DNA of 63,839 bases, filler included, from Octopus bimaculoides (taxonomy: Eukaryota), in NCBI RefSeq assembly GCF_001194135.2. It is 9 parts of 9 records of this genome, joined end to end, with 100 filler letters (N's around TTAATTAATTAA, not from the genome) between each part and the next. Parts side by side here need not be neighbours in the genome. Positions count along the whole stretch, not along the records: positions 50,568 to 59,710 come from NW_026353429.1; positions 59,811 to 60,840 come from NC_068981.1; positions 60,941 to 62,044 come from NW_026355309.1; positions 62,145 to 63,839 come from NC_068990.1; 5 more parts are not named here. One strand, given 5' to 3'. The number at the start of each line of letters is the position of its first letter. Within the stretch, counting starts at the first letter, position 1. Below the pieces are notes generated by a model that saw only the letters and a list, made by a program, of their open reading frames with translations, had not been told where the DNA came from and did no database searches. Below are positions 52,954 to 63,839 of this stretch, one piece after another. Made by a program: the position numbers and the translations under genes.

Positions 52954-55900
52954 TGTCCTTATATCCAAAGTTAACAGGAAAGACAAGTAAAAAGACAAAA
53001 CCCAAATCGCCAAAAGGAAAAACGAAGAAGCATAAGGATAGAAAAGTACAGGGCCCAGACTGCATGTAAATTTTAACTAAATGGCACCTGCTGGCCTGGA
53101 GAAACAGGAGATGGCTGCAGATTTGCCCATCCCCAAAATTACCAAACTTATGAGAAAAACAAGCAAGGAAACTTGAAACAAAACAAGCAAAAACACAGAG
53201 AAATCCTCGAACATGGATCTGCAGAAAAATACTGCACCAGCTGGAAGAAACCAGTCTGAAAAGAGCAGGAAAAGATATTACCGCATGCATTCTGCACCCC
53301 TCAAGAGGCAATATGCAGAGGCTGTACGAACTGCAGCAATCGAACATCTTTTTTGAACATGACCCAGAAGATAATACAGCAGTTGACATGGATGCTATAC
53401 ATTCCAATGCACGAGACCGCTGCAGGTGACAGGCCCAGGAGGGCCACCACTAACACCTACCCCGATATCGCACCCACATTCCTACTGAATATTAGGGGTT
53501 TGCTACAACTCAGCAACAGAGGTAACATTTTCTGTCTAAAAGAGCTTGCTACATGCAATCAAGCAATATGCATGGCACTCAATGAAAGGCATGGAGCCCC
53601 TGATGTAACAGATCAGGAAGTGCATATACCAAAATATGCTGTATTTCATACAGACAGAAGAGAAAGAAGCCACGGTGGAGTTGCTATGTACAGCCGTGAA
53701 GATGTCACACTTCTTGTATTCTTGTCACATTCAAATTCAGTCTGTGACACCTTAATAATACATGTAAAACAAGTTGATGTAGCTATATGCACAATATATC
53801 GTCCGCCGAATACCACAAAATATGATGGAAAATTTGAGGATAGCCTCAAACACATCGTAGAGGTATTAACAAACCTAGATCAGAACATCAACACACTCTT
53901 CCTGGGTGATTTCAACTTCCCACATGTCAAATGGCCAGAAGGCCACATCTTCTCTGGGTTGTCACTGCATTAACAAAAGCACGTAGAGTCATTACTTGAA
54001 CTTACTAATAAGCTGTTCATGGAGCAAGTGATGCTCAGGCCAACCAGGTGGAACAACATATTGGACTTATGCTTCACAAATAATGTGGACCTCATCCATA
54101 ATGTGAAGGTTACACCAATGGCACTCTTAGACCACAACATTGTTAAACTAACTATGTATGGTCCCGTGCAAACTGTTGGTATCTACCCTATCAGGAGGAC
54201 TTGGACCTTATCCAACCTGAATTTCCATAAGGCGAAATGGGAATTGATCTGCAAAGACATCCACAAACGAAACTGGTCTAACATTTTGTGGATGCAAGTC
54301 ATTGATCTGAAACTCAGCCAGTTTATGTCAACAGTGCAAGCTATATGCACTAAATATGTCACAGAAAGAAAGGCCAGCACACAGTCAAACAAGATTCCCA
54401 GGGACAGAAAAATCCTCATGAGACGTAGGTCGAATATTTCAAAGCGACAGAATCGACAACTGACGTATAGAGAGAAGTCTGTCTTAACACGGACGCTCCT
54501 AGAAATTGAGAGCAAGATCAAACTCTCATGAAAGGGAAACAGAGAGAGAGAGAAAGAGAGTGAGAGAAGGAGAGAGAGAGGGAGGGGGAGAGAGAGATAG
54601 AGAGAGAGAGAAGGGCTGTGGAACGCATAAAAACGAATCCCAAAACTTTCCACAAAATCGCAAAGGAAACATCTACAATACAATATAGAATAGGATCATG
54701 GTTCCAAGGAAATGACTCACTGACAGCAGACCCAGGAAGAATAAGTGAGATACTCAGTGAACGATTGAAAAGTGTCTTCACTTAGCCCCTTGCGCACATG
54801 CAGATAAAATATTCAGCTGAATTCTTTGATATTGTAGCTCTAAACATTGAGGAAACAGATGTAACAACGGCCATAGATGAAATGAGTTCACGCTCCACCA
54901 CTGCTCCTGATGGCTTCCCAGCTATTCTCCTAAAGTCATGTAAGCAGGCTTTAGCGAAACCACTTCAGATACTTTTCCAAAGTTTCTTTGCAAGTGGTAT
55001 ACTTCCTAAAAAGCTGAAAGAAAGCATTATATGCCCTATCCACAAAGATGGAAGCAGAGCAGAGGCCAAAAACTACAGGCCAATCTCTCTGATTTCGCAT
55101 AACAGTAAAGTCATGGAGCAAATAAACAGAAAGAAGTTGATAATGTTCCAAGAAGAAAATGACCGACTGAACAATACACAGCATGGCGTCCACCCAGGAA
55201 GAAGTTGCCTCACACAGCTCCTTCAGCACTATGACTGGGTTTTGAAACAGCTGCTTGGTCATTCAGATGTCAGTGTGGTATACCTTGACTTTGCAAAGGC
55301 ATTTGATAGGGTAGATCATAGCATGATAAGTCATAAGCTATGAGACCTTGGCATCGCTGGTAAACTGAGAGAGTGGCTGCATGACTTCCTTAAAAACAGA
55401 AGTCAGGTACTTGCAGTTAATGGTGCCCTTTCTGTGGAAACTGAAATCGTAAGTGGTGTCCTCCAGGGAACTGTTCTGGGGCAATTACTATCCATAATAG
55501 CCCTCTTAGACATGCCCACAGTCACTCGGACAGCCACTGTCACTAGCTATGCCGATGACATAAAATTATCACAGACAGTAAAATACCTAGAGGATGTTAC
55601 AAACTTACAGCGGGACTGAACTCTGTGTACTAGGGGGGGGGGGGATAAATAAATAACATGCAGTTTAATGCTGGAAAATTTCAAGTACTGCTATATAAAC
55701 TCAGCACAAATACAGTACAATGTACATTTACAGGACGCGAAGGCACTACAATCCCAGAGTCACAGGCTGTGAAAGACTTGGGGATCAGCATATGCAATGA
55801 CGCATCATTTCATATGCACATAAGCAAGATGGCAGCAAAGTGAAGACAACTGGCAGGATGGATACTGAGGTCCTTCAAGACAAAAGACCAAGAAATTATG

Positions 55901-56230
55901 TTGACCCTGTGAGGAACCTTTGTTCTCAGCCACCTGGACTATTGTTCCCAGTTATGGTCACCGCATAGTGCCAAACTAACAGCAGAGCTTGAAGCAGTCC
56001 AACGCCACTACGCTAAAAAGATTGAGACAGTGCAGTGGATGAGATATAGGGATAGGCTGAGAAAACTACAGCACTACTTCTTAGAGCAAAGGCGTGACAG
56101 ATATGCAATAATATACATGTGGAAAATCCTAGAAGGGCTAGTAACTAACTTTGACATTGAGTGTTATACAAACGCCAGAACTGGCCGCCCTTGTATTGTA
56201 CCGTTCACTCCAGCTACATTCAGGACCAGA
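52465..56230 (+). mobile_element. Near-full-length decayed CR1-type LINE (ORF1 region + APE endonuclease + RT + tail)
   Basis: APE motifs NIRGL, DRRERSHGGVAMY, IYRPP, LGDFN, LDLCF, DHN (53470-54140). RT motifs NYRPISLIS, GRSCLTQLL, YLDFAKAFDRVDH, SGVLQGTVLG, SYADD (54800-55620). Tail WILRSFKT.., RRDRYAIIYMWKILEG. Multiple stops and frameshifts. Confidence 0.93.
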
Positions 56231-56333
56231 GATTTAGAAATGTATCAATTCTAATTTTTGTAATCAGTGAATGAATGTGTTTCACTAGAATTATTATATG
56301 TTTACGAGAGCTAGACAGGCATCTTCATGCTAC

Positions 56334-56376
56334 TCCAGGCTGATGACGAGTAAAAACTCAGAAACATGTCTTTGGA
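56334..56376 (+). ncRNA. Minimal type I hammerhead ribozyme motif
   Basis: UCCAGG-CUGAUGA-C-GAGU(AAAA)ACUC-A-GAAAC-AU-GUC-UUUGGA; helix I 6 bp, palindromic helix III ACAUGU, C-A mismatch closing helix II; predicted cleavage after 56370. Confidence 0.6.
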
Positions 56377-56449
56377 AATGTGTCAAGGCTGACAGTAGTA
56401 GTATAACTCCCTTACTGGGACTGTCACGTTAAGTTGACAGTATACAAGT

Positions 56450-56524
<75 letters not shown>

Positions 56525-56807
56525 ATATATATATATATATAATTTTATATATATATGTACGTATGTATATGTATGTACATATATGTCTGTATGTGTATGT
56601 ATATATATGCCTGTATGTGTATGTATATGTATGTATGTATATATATGTATGTATGTATATATATATATATATATATATATTTATGTATATATATATGTAT
56701 ATATGTATATACATGTATGTATATATGTATATGTGTATATATATATACATGAGTATATGTGTATATGTATAGCTATATGTGTATACATGTGTATATATGT
56801 TTATGTC

Positions 56808-56850
<43 letters not shown>

Positions 56851-57964
56851 GTATATATATTTATATATATATAAATGTATATGTGTATATACATATGTAT
56901 ATGTGTATATATGTGCATATATATGCATATAAGTGTATATATGAGCGCCATTTGAACCTTAGGAACATTATAAAATGTTTTTCTCATGTTTAATTCACTT
57001 CAACAGAGTAAAAATAATTTGTTTCAATACGATCAGAAAAATCCTGAAAACCAGGCTAACTGATGTTTTATTGTATACATATTTACACACACACACAGAT
57101 GCATGTGACTGCACAATCATCGGCAATCCCCAATAGGACATCCTGCTCTTAAAGAATAAATCTCTTTGTGTCACCCTTTGCCTCCTCATCTCTGGGTCTT
57201 GTTACCAACTCTGGTTTTTCCGGCAAGCCCCACTCTCATTTGCTATCCGTATTTCAGACTACTATCTCTTCGACGGTGTTAGCGCAGAGTAAGCCTGTAA
57301 GTTAATTCAATTTTTCGCACTTTTCTTTTTCTCCAAACTTTAGAATAGAACACATATCTTCAGATTTCCTCTATATACTTTATATATATATATATATATA
57401 CATANNNNNNNNNNNNNNNNNNNNNNNNNNNNNNNNNNNNNNNNNNNNNNNNNNNNNNNNNNNNNNNNNNNNNNNNNNNNNNNNNNNNNNNNNNNNNNNN
57501 NNNNNNNNNNNNNNNNNNNNNNNNNNNNNNNNNNNNNNNNNNNNNNNNNNNNNNNNNNNNNNNNNNNNNNNNNNNNNNNNNNNNNNNNNNNNNNNNNNNN
57601 NNNNNNNNNNNNNNNNNNNNNNNNNNNNNNNNNNNNNNNNNNNNNNNNNNNNNNNNNNNNNNNNNNNNNNNNNNNNNNNNNNNNNNNNNNNNNNNNNNNN
57701 NNNNNNNNNNNNNNNNNNNNNNNNNNNNNNNNNNNNNNNNNNNTATATATACATATATATATACATATACATATATATATATATACAAATATATACATAT
57801 ATATATATACATACAAATATATATACGTACATACATACAAATATATATACATACAAATATATATACATACATACATATATATATACATACATACATACAT
57901 ATATATACACATACATACATATATATATACATACATACATTTATATACACATATATATATGTAT

Positions 57965-58034
<70 letters not shown>

Positions 58035-58036
<2 letters not shown>

Positions 58037-58143
58037 GGGAGAATGTACGAAAAAACAACAGACGAGGACAGGTGGTGTAAACAACAAAAGGATGTATTAG
58101 TATGACGCTCGGGAATACGGAAAGTCTTTAACGTTTCGAGCTA
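58035..58143 (-). repeat. Truncated copy of the 41655-41786 pLTR-like repeat
   Basis: Near-identical sequence, again abutting (TA)n. Confidence 0.8.
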
Positions 58144-58499
58144 CTTACATATATACTTACATATATTGGCTAGGGAGTGTCATTCTCATTTAGTGCCTTA
58201 GTATATAACTCACTCACTGGTTCGATTTCCATTTATTTACTTAATTCTAATTCTTCTAAAATTTTCGTTCCGTCGCGCAATCTCTTCAATAGTTGCTGAC
58301 TCTGTGCATTATCAGAGCTGCGTTCTCTTTGTTTGTTTTCGTGCATGTGTGTGCGTCAGTGTGCATGTGCATACACATATGTATGAATGTATTCATGTGT
58401 AAGAATGTATGTGTATACATGTAATATTTTGGGATGGTTATTTATTTTTCTTTTTGCAAAATACACACACGCGCTATATATTTGTTTTTCACTCGTTTG

Positions 58500-59700
58500 T
58501 TACTGTTCTTATGCTATTGTTCTAACTCATGACCATTGTCCGGAAATCTTTCGTCGCACACCTGTGACCTCTTCAGTGACACTTTTCGTTTTTGTTTCTA
58601 TGTATGCTTGTGTGCGGGTCATAATTCTAGTGTGGTCTTCCTCTCACCCCATGTGCTGCCGCTGTCCCATGATCCGAAAAAAATATGGTACAGTTCCTGT
58701 ATTCCTCTGTGTATGTGTGTTCGCCTATGGTGTTGCCATCGTGGTAGTTGTTGTTATCGCCACTGTTGGCATCGCCGCTGCTGCTGACCGTGTTAGTTGT
58801 GTTGTTGACATTGTTATTGTCGACCATGAAACTTCATGTGTTTGTGTGTGTGTATGGGTGAGCTTCCTATATATCCATGCTCTTATATTGATTGATTGAT
58901 TTTTTTTATCTATCTCTGTATTACATTTATCACAGGTATGTGACAGATATATTTATATATTCATTTTTTTATACATCTACCTCTATTTCTCATAAGTATC
59001 ACAGCTTAGTGCATATATGTCTATTGTGTGTGTATGTTACCCTGTATTCCTCTGTGTATGTGTGCTCGCCCACGGTGTTGCCATCATTGTAGTTGTTGTT
59101 GTTATTGCCACTGTTGGCACCGCCGCTGCTGGTCACCGTGTTAGCTGTGTATTATTTACAGTTTTTTCTTTACCCTCTCTCTTCTCATCTCTACTGTCTT
59201 TAGCCATGTAGTGTGATAGTGGATGTCACTGTTTCATTCGTGTTTTCTATTGAGACTCGTTCTGTCTACTGTTATGTGTGTAGCCTCCGTAATCTGTCTA
59301 AGTGTCGTGTCAGTTCAAGGTGCCGATAGTACTTTAACCTCTATGCTATTATTCGAGCCTCCATGTTCTGCCTGAGCATGTTGGTAGAGCACTGACGAGG
59401 TTTTTTCTTCTTTGAGTTCTCGCCAGTGATCACCTATACGTTCTCCTATGCTGCTTGCAGTCTCTTCAATGTAGGTAGTTGTCTTGTTTCTGCACCGTCC
59501 CCTCAGTACATCGTAAGCAATATACCACATTCCTAAACTTACAGTTAACCCGTGGGTTCATCCTGCATACAACACAATTGTACTCCGTACAGAGGGACTT
59601 ATCAGAGTGATAGGTATTGCATATCAGGGATTTTAAAGGAGCACTAACGGATGGCGATATTATCCGTTAGAGAAAAATTTGTAGTTTGGAATCAGTAGTT
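58500..59700 (-). mobile_element. Penelope-like element 3' fragment: GIY-YIG domain (~59215-59600) plus pLTR-like region with a 110 bp direct repeat
   Basis: CVVCRMNPRVNCKFRNVVYCLRC..TTYIEETASSIGERIGDHW..SVLYQHAQAEHGG..EVKVL..DTTLRQITEATHI..SLNRKHE. Direct repeats at 58696-58802 and 59041-59150; decayed hammerhead at ~58536-58583. Confidence 0.82.
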
Positions 59701-59810
59701 CTTTGACTGCNNNNNNNNNNNNNNNNNNNNNNNNNNNNNNNNNNNNNNNNNNNNTTAATTAATTAANNNNNNNNNNNNNNNNNNNNNNNNNNNNNNNNNN
59801 NNNNNNNNNN

Positions 59811-59858
<48 letters not shown>

Positions 59859-60270
59859 TACATATATATGTATATGTTTACATATAAACATGATCACCTA
59901 CTTAAATATATAAAGTTATATAGAGATGCACACACGCACACGCACACACACACACAGATACATATACCAACAATTATTCTTGGGGACATTTGTCGATCAA
60001 GATTGGTTATTCTTCTGTCACTTATATGCAGAAAACTATGCAAGATTTCTGTAATTCAGTTCTAAAGAATGGTTGCTTCGTCAACCACTCACGATTCTCC
60101 TCTTCCCACCATTAGTGTTATGCCATAAAGAACGCACTTACTTGTAAACAAAAAAAAACAAAAACCGAAGGTTCTTGCAGACAACACAATACTTTTTATA
60201 CAATCATTTAAAGCTAGTTTCTAATATTTTAACATTTCGTCTTAAAGAAACACTACATGACGAAAATAGA

Positions 60271-60415
60271 TACTGCAAAATGAAAATGACTGTAAAAAAT
60301 ACTGCAAAATGAAGATGACTGTAAAAAATACTGCAAAATGAAGATGACTGTAAAAAATACTGCAAAATGAAGATGACTGTAAAAAATACTGCAAAATGAA
60401 GATGACTGTAAAAAA
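60271..60415. repeat. Five nearly perfect 29 bp tandem repeats (TACTGCAAAATGAAGATGACTGTAAAAAA)
   Basis: Unit starts at 60271, 60300, 60329, 60358 and 60387; one substitution in unit 1. Confidence 0.95.
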
Positions 60416-61144
60416 AACCCTCATTAAGCAAAGCCTTTGCTGGCACCGCCAGATTTCCGGCTTCTATTACGACCTCACCCGCCCTGATGGCTCAACTAAA
60501 TTTACGGAAGATCTAATTTATAAGACAGCGCCCGATTTTGCCTGACCCCGCACCTTTCACGAATATTTACTGTTTTAACAAAACTAGCGCTCACAGTAAT
60601 TTCCTTTGAGAAACACAATCCCTCTTTATTTATCTTTTAAGATTTGGTTTAACGGTAATAAATACATAAATTAATTAAGGCAATTACAAAAACAAATAAA
60701 TAGTAACACTTTAATAAATCTGAAGTTAATTTCACCTAATCAGCGGTTTTCTTTTATAGATGTCTCTCTTTCTCTCACTTTTCTCTCTCTCTATCACTAG
60801 ATATATATGTGTATATGTATACACACATGCATATATATATNNNNNNNNNNNNNNNNNNNNNNNNNNNNNNNNNNNNNNNNNNNNTTAATTAATTAANNNN
60901 NNNNNNNNNNNNNNNNNNNNNNNNNNNNNNNNNNNNNNNNATTGATTTTGAGGTTTCCTTATTGGCACATTAAAATTAAATTAAACATGAGAATGCAGTG
61001 GATTTCATTTGAGATATGATCACAAAAGATGAAGGAAGGGTTAAAAAAATCATACCTTAATACCATCGCTGGCCCCCGTGGAAAGGTAAATGTTCTCAAA
61101 GGATGCAGGATGTCCATCACGTTTGGAAATGAAATCTGCAATAT

Positions 61145-61900
61145 CTTTTCTCACAACCATTAAGCCAGCACTGTCACTATATGCTCCTACAAAAATACAT
61201 TATACAACCATTGTCACAAAATGCTCCTACAATAATATATTATACAACCTCTGTCACTATAAGACCCTACAATACATTATAAAACTACAGTATACAAGAT
61301 CTGTTGCTATATGGTCTTACAATACACTATATAATTGCTATTACTTTATATAATCACTATGGTCCTTCAATGCAGTATACAACTATTGTCACTATAAGAT
61401 CCTACAATAATATATTATACAACCNNNNNNNNNNTATACAACTATTGTCACTATAAGATCCTACAATAATATATTATACAACCACTGTCATTATATAGCT
61501 CTACAATACACGATACAATCACTGTCCATCATTATATAGTTCTACAACATGCTATACAATCACTGTCACTATATGGTCCAACAATACATTATATAGCTAC
61601 AGTTGTTATGTGACCCTACAATACATTATACAACCTTTGTCACTATGTAAATTTACAATGCATTATATAACCAATCATTATATGATCCTGCAATAATACT
61701 GTATACAACCACTCTCATTATATGACCCTAAAATACATAATACAACCACCATCAATATATTGCTCTACAATATATATAGCTACTTCCACCATATGAACCT
61801 ACAATATATATACAACAACTGTTGCTATATGACCCTACAATATATTGCACAACCACTTACTTCATAGCTCTGTAACACATTATACAACCACTGTCACTAT
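61145..61900. repeat. Degenerate ~37-41 bp minisatellite (consensus ~CCACTGTCACTATATGACCCTACAATACATTATACAA)
   Basis: Roughly 18-20 diverged units. Confidence 0.85.
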
Positions 61901-62144
61901 ACGATCCTTCAGTTTGAGTTGCTACATATACATGTATGTAAACATATTTCTACTCTATTTTGTTTGTAGTACCAGATTTTCATTTTTTAAAAATATAATC
62001 TATGGTTCTCCACCCAGCAAACAATGAATTTTTCTGTGTCATACNNNNNNNNNNNNNNNNNNNNNNNNNNNNNNNNNNNNNNNNNNNNTTAATTAATTAA
62101 NNNNNNNNNNNNNNNNNNNNNNNNNNNNNNNNNNNNNNNNNNNN

Positions 62145-62189
<45 letters not shown>

Positions 62190-63390
62190 GTGTGTGTATA
62201 TATGTATACCCATGCCAGCATAGAAGGCAGACGTTAAGTGATATAAAGATATGGCTATGTAATAAGGAGTTTCATTCCCAACCATATGGTTCCAGGTTCA
62301 GAAGGGACAAAATCTTACAGCTGTTTCGGCCTTGCTTTGTTTTGTTACTTTACCCCTTATATTGTGGTCGTGTATGTGTGTATACATACATATGAATATT
62401 TATTTGTATCTGCATACAAATTTCTTAATAAGTTATTTAATAACTTATTTAATCTTTGTATTTGTATTTACATTCCATCTATATAAGTATATACAGGCAT
62501 GTAGGTATGTATGTGTGTGTATATGTATACGTATGTGTGCACATATATAAATATATAAATGCACACGTATGTGTGGATGTATGTATATATATATTCACGC
62601 CTAACTCATTTGACTGGTTAGTGGCTATCCAACTGTAGCTAAGCCAAGACAGTTTAAAACAATAGATGTCCAATTAGATGGGAGGATTTAACAGCAAAAA
62701 CTACCCCTCCCTAAATGCCAGCAGGATTCCCAATACCCACTACTAGCAGGACCCTATCTTCTCCATAAACAAAAAAAAATAACGGAGTATCTCATCGCAA
62801 TTTTAAAAGTCTACACATTATTATCTCAACAATTCCTCAAGAAATAATTTCTACATAGACCCCTCCACCACATACAGAACTGACACACTCGTATCCAACA
62901 GCTTTAGCATATAAACAAAAATATATATATATATATATATATATATTTCTGAACATTGTGATGAAAATACATTGATAAGAACCGTTGCACCGGTACTCCT
63001 TTCCAAACACAACTTAAAACGTTGGTACCAGGGATCATGTATGTATGGGAGTATTTATATATACATATGTGTATGTATGTATGTATGTATGTGTGGGTGG
63101 GTATATAATATGTGTCTGTCCTCCTCATATATAGTAACAGTGACTTTTGACTCTTTTGATATGCATGTACAGTCATCTGTGTATGTACATCTGAACACAC
63201 ATATAGGTATTCATGTGTTTATGTTTTTGTATTCATGTATATCTGTTTATGGTAATGTATACATGCATATGCATATATATATGAGTTTTTATGACTCTTT
63301 ATATGGTTTTTTTATATGCTTTCTGTATGTTTTTTTTATATGCTTTTATATTTGTATTTGAATTTTTCAAAATTCATGAATTCAATTTGT

Positions 63391-63522
63391 AAATCTCTGA
63401 AGAGGCCTTGTGAATCATGTATCCCCATTGCATCCTTTTCATCTACCAATCACTCCAGCGTACTGGAGTTATATAGATAGAATGGGGCATGCTAAAGCTA
63501 GGCCGAAACAGCTGTAAGATTT
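63391..63522 (+). ncRNA. Type I hammerhead ribozyme motif with a fully canonical core and ~100 nt helix II
   Basis: AAAUCU(63391-96)-CUGAAGA(63397-403)-GGCCU..AGGCC(63404-504)-GAAA-C-AGCU-GUA(63514-16)-AGAUUU(63517-22). Helix I is 6 bp perfect, helix III is the palindrome ACAGCUGU, and helix II contains CAUG/CAUG, CCCCAUU/AAUGGGG, AUCUA/UAGAU and ACUCCAG(CGUA)CUGGAGU. Confidence 0.85.
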
Positions 63523-63839
63523 TGTCCTTTCTACGGTTGCTAGATGTCCTTTTAAATTTGAAATTTCAATTGTTGATATGACATAGTATGTCATAAGTGT
63601 CTGTATATTGTCTTTATTGTCCTTTTGGTTGTAAAATAAATGGATTAATCAACAGAGTACAGTGTCTGCAAGTTTTATATATATATTTATAAAGCAACTG
63701 ATTGCCAGGACACATTCATTCATCAACAGAGTAAGATGGAAGGCTTATTTTTTAGATAAAGGAGAACAACCAATCAATAACGCGGATGTTAACTCGCAGT
63801 ATAAAAGGCTTTTCAGATCAAGAAGCAACCCTCCATACA

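Noticed and set aside
60271-60415. 29 bp repeats as a CRISPR array
   Set aside because: Head-to-tail with no spacers, in eukaryotic context and with no cas genes.

Overview
AT-rich, repeat-dense animal genomic DNA with many N gaps. It is most likely octopus or another cephalopod; this is inferred from the SINE, mariner, R4/Dong and CR1 repertoire and the microsatellite density, not verified. The only supportable host gene segment is one large minus-strand coding exon (28670-29628) of a core-2/I-branching beta-1,6-N-acetylglucosaminyltransferase (GCNT family); its remaining exons were not found. The rest is intronic or intergenic. It holds a decayed near-full-length CR1-type LINE whose ORF1 region has a trihelix/Myb-like domain and a CCCH finger, three more CR1-type fragments, three R4/Dong 3' fragments in (TAA)n, three Penelope-like GIY-YIG fragments, three mariner remnants, a Tc1/IS630-like element with long TIRs, a piggyBac-type MITE, several tRNA-derived SINE families, and micro/minisatellites. 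The most notable observation is a set of Penelope-type type I hammerhead ribozyme motifs. Two of them (63391-63522 on +, 34475-34586 on -) have an unusually long helix II of about 85-100 nt. Each of those two sits in a divergent inverted pair whose partner copy lacks the CUGANGA core. TE boundaries are approximate (read by eye) unless TIR/TSD positions are given.
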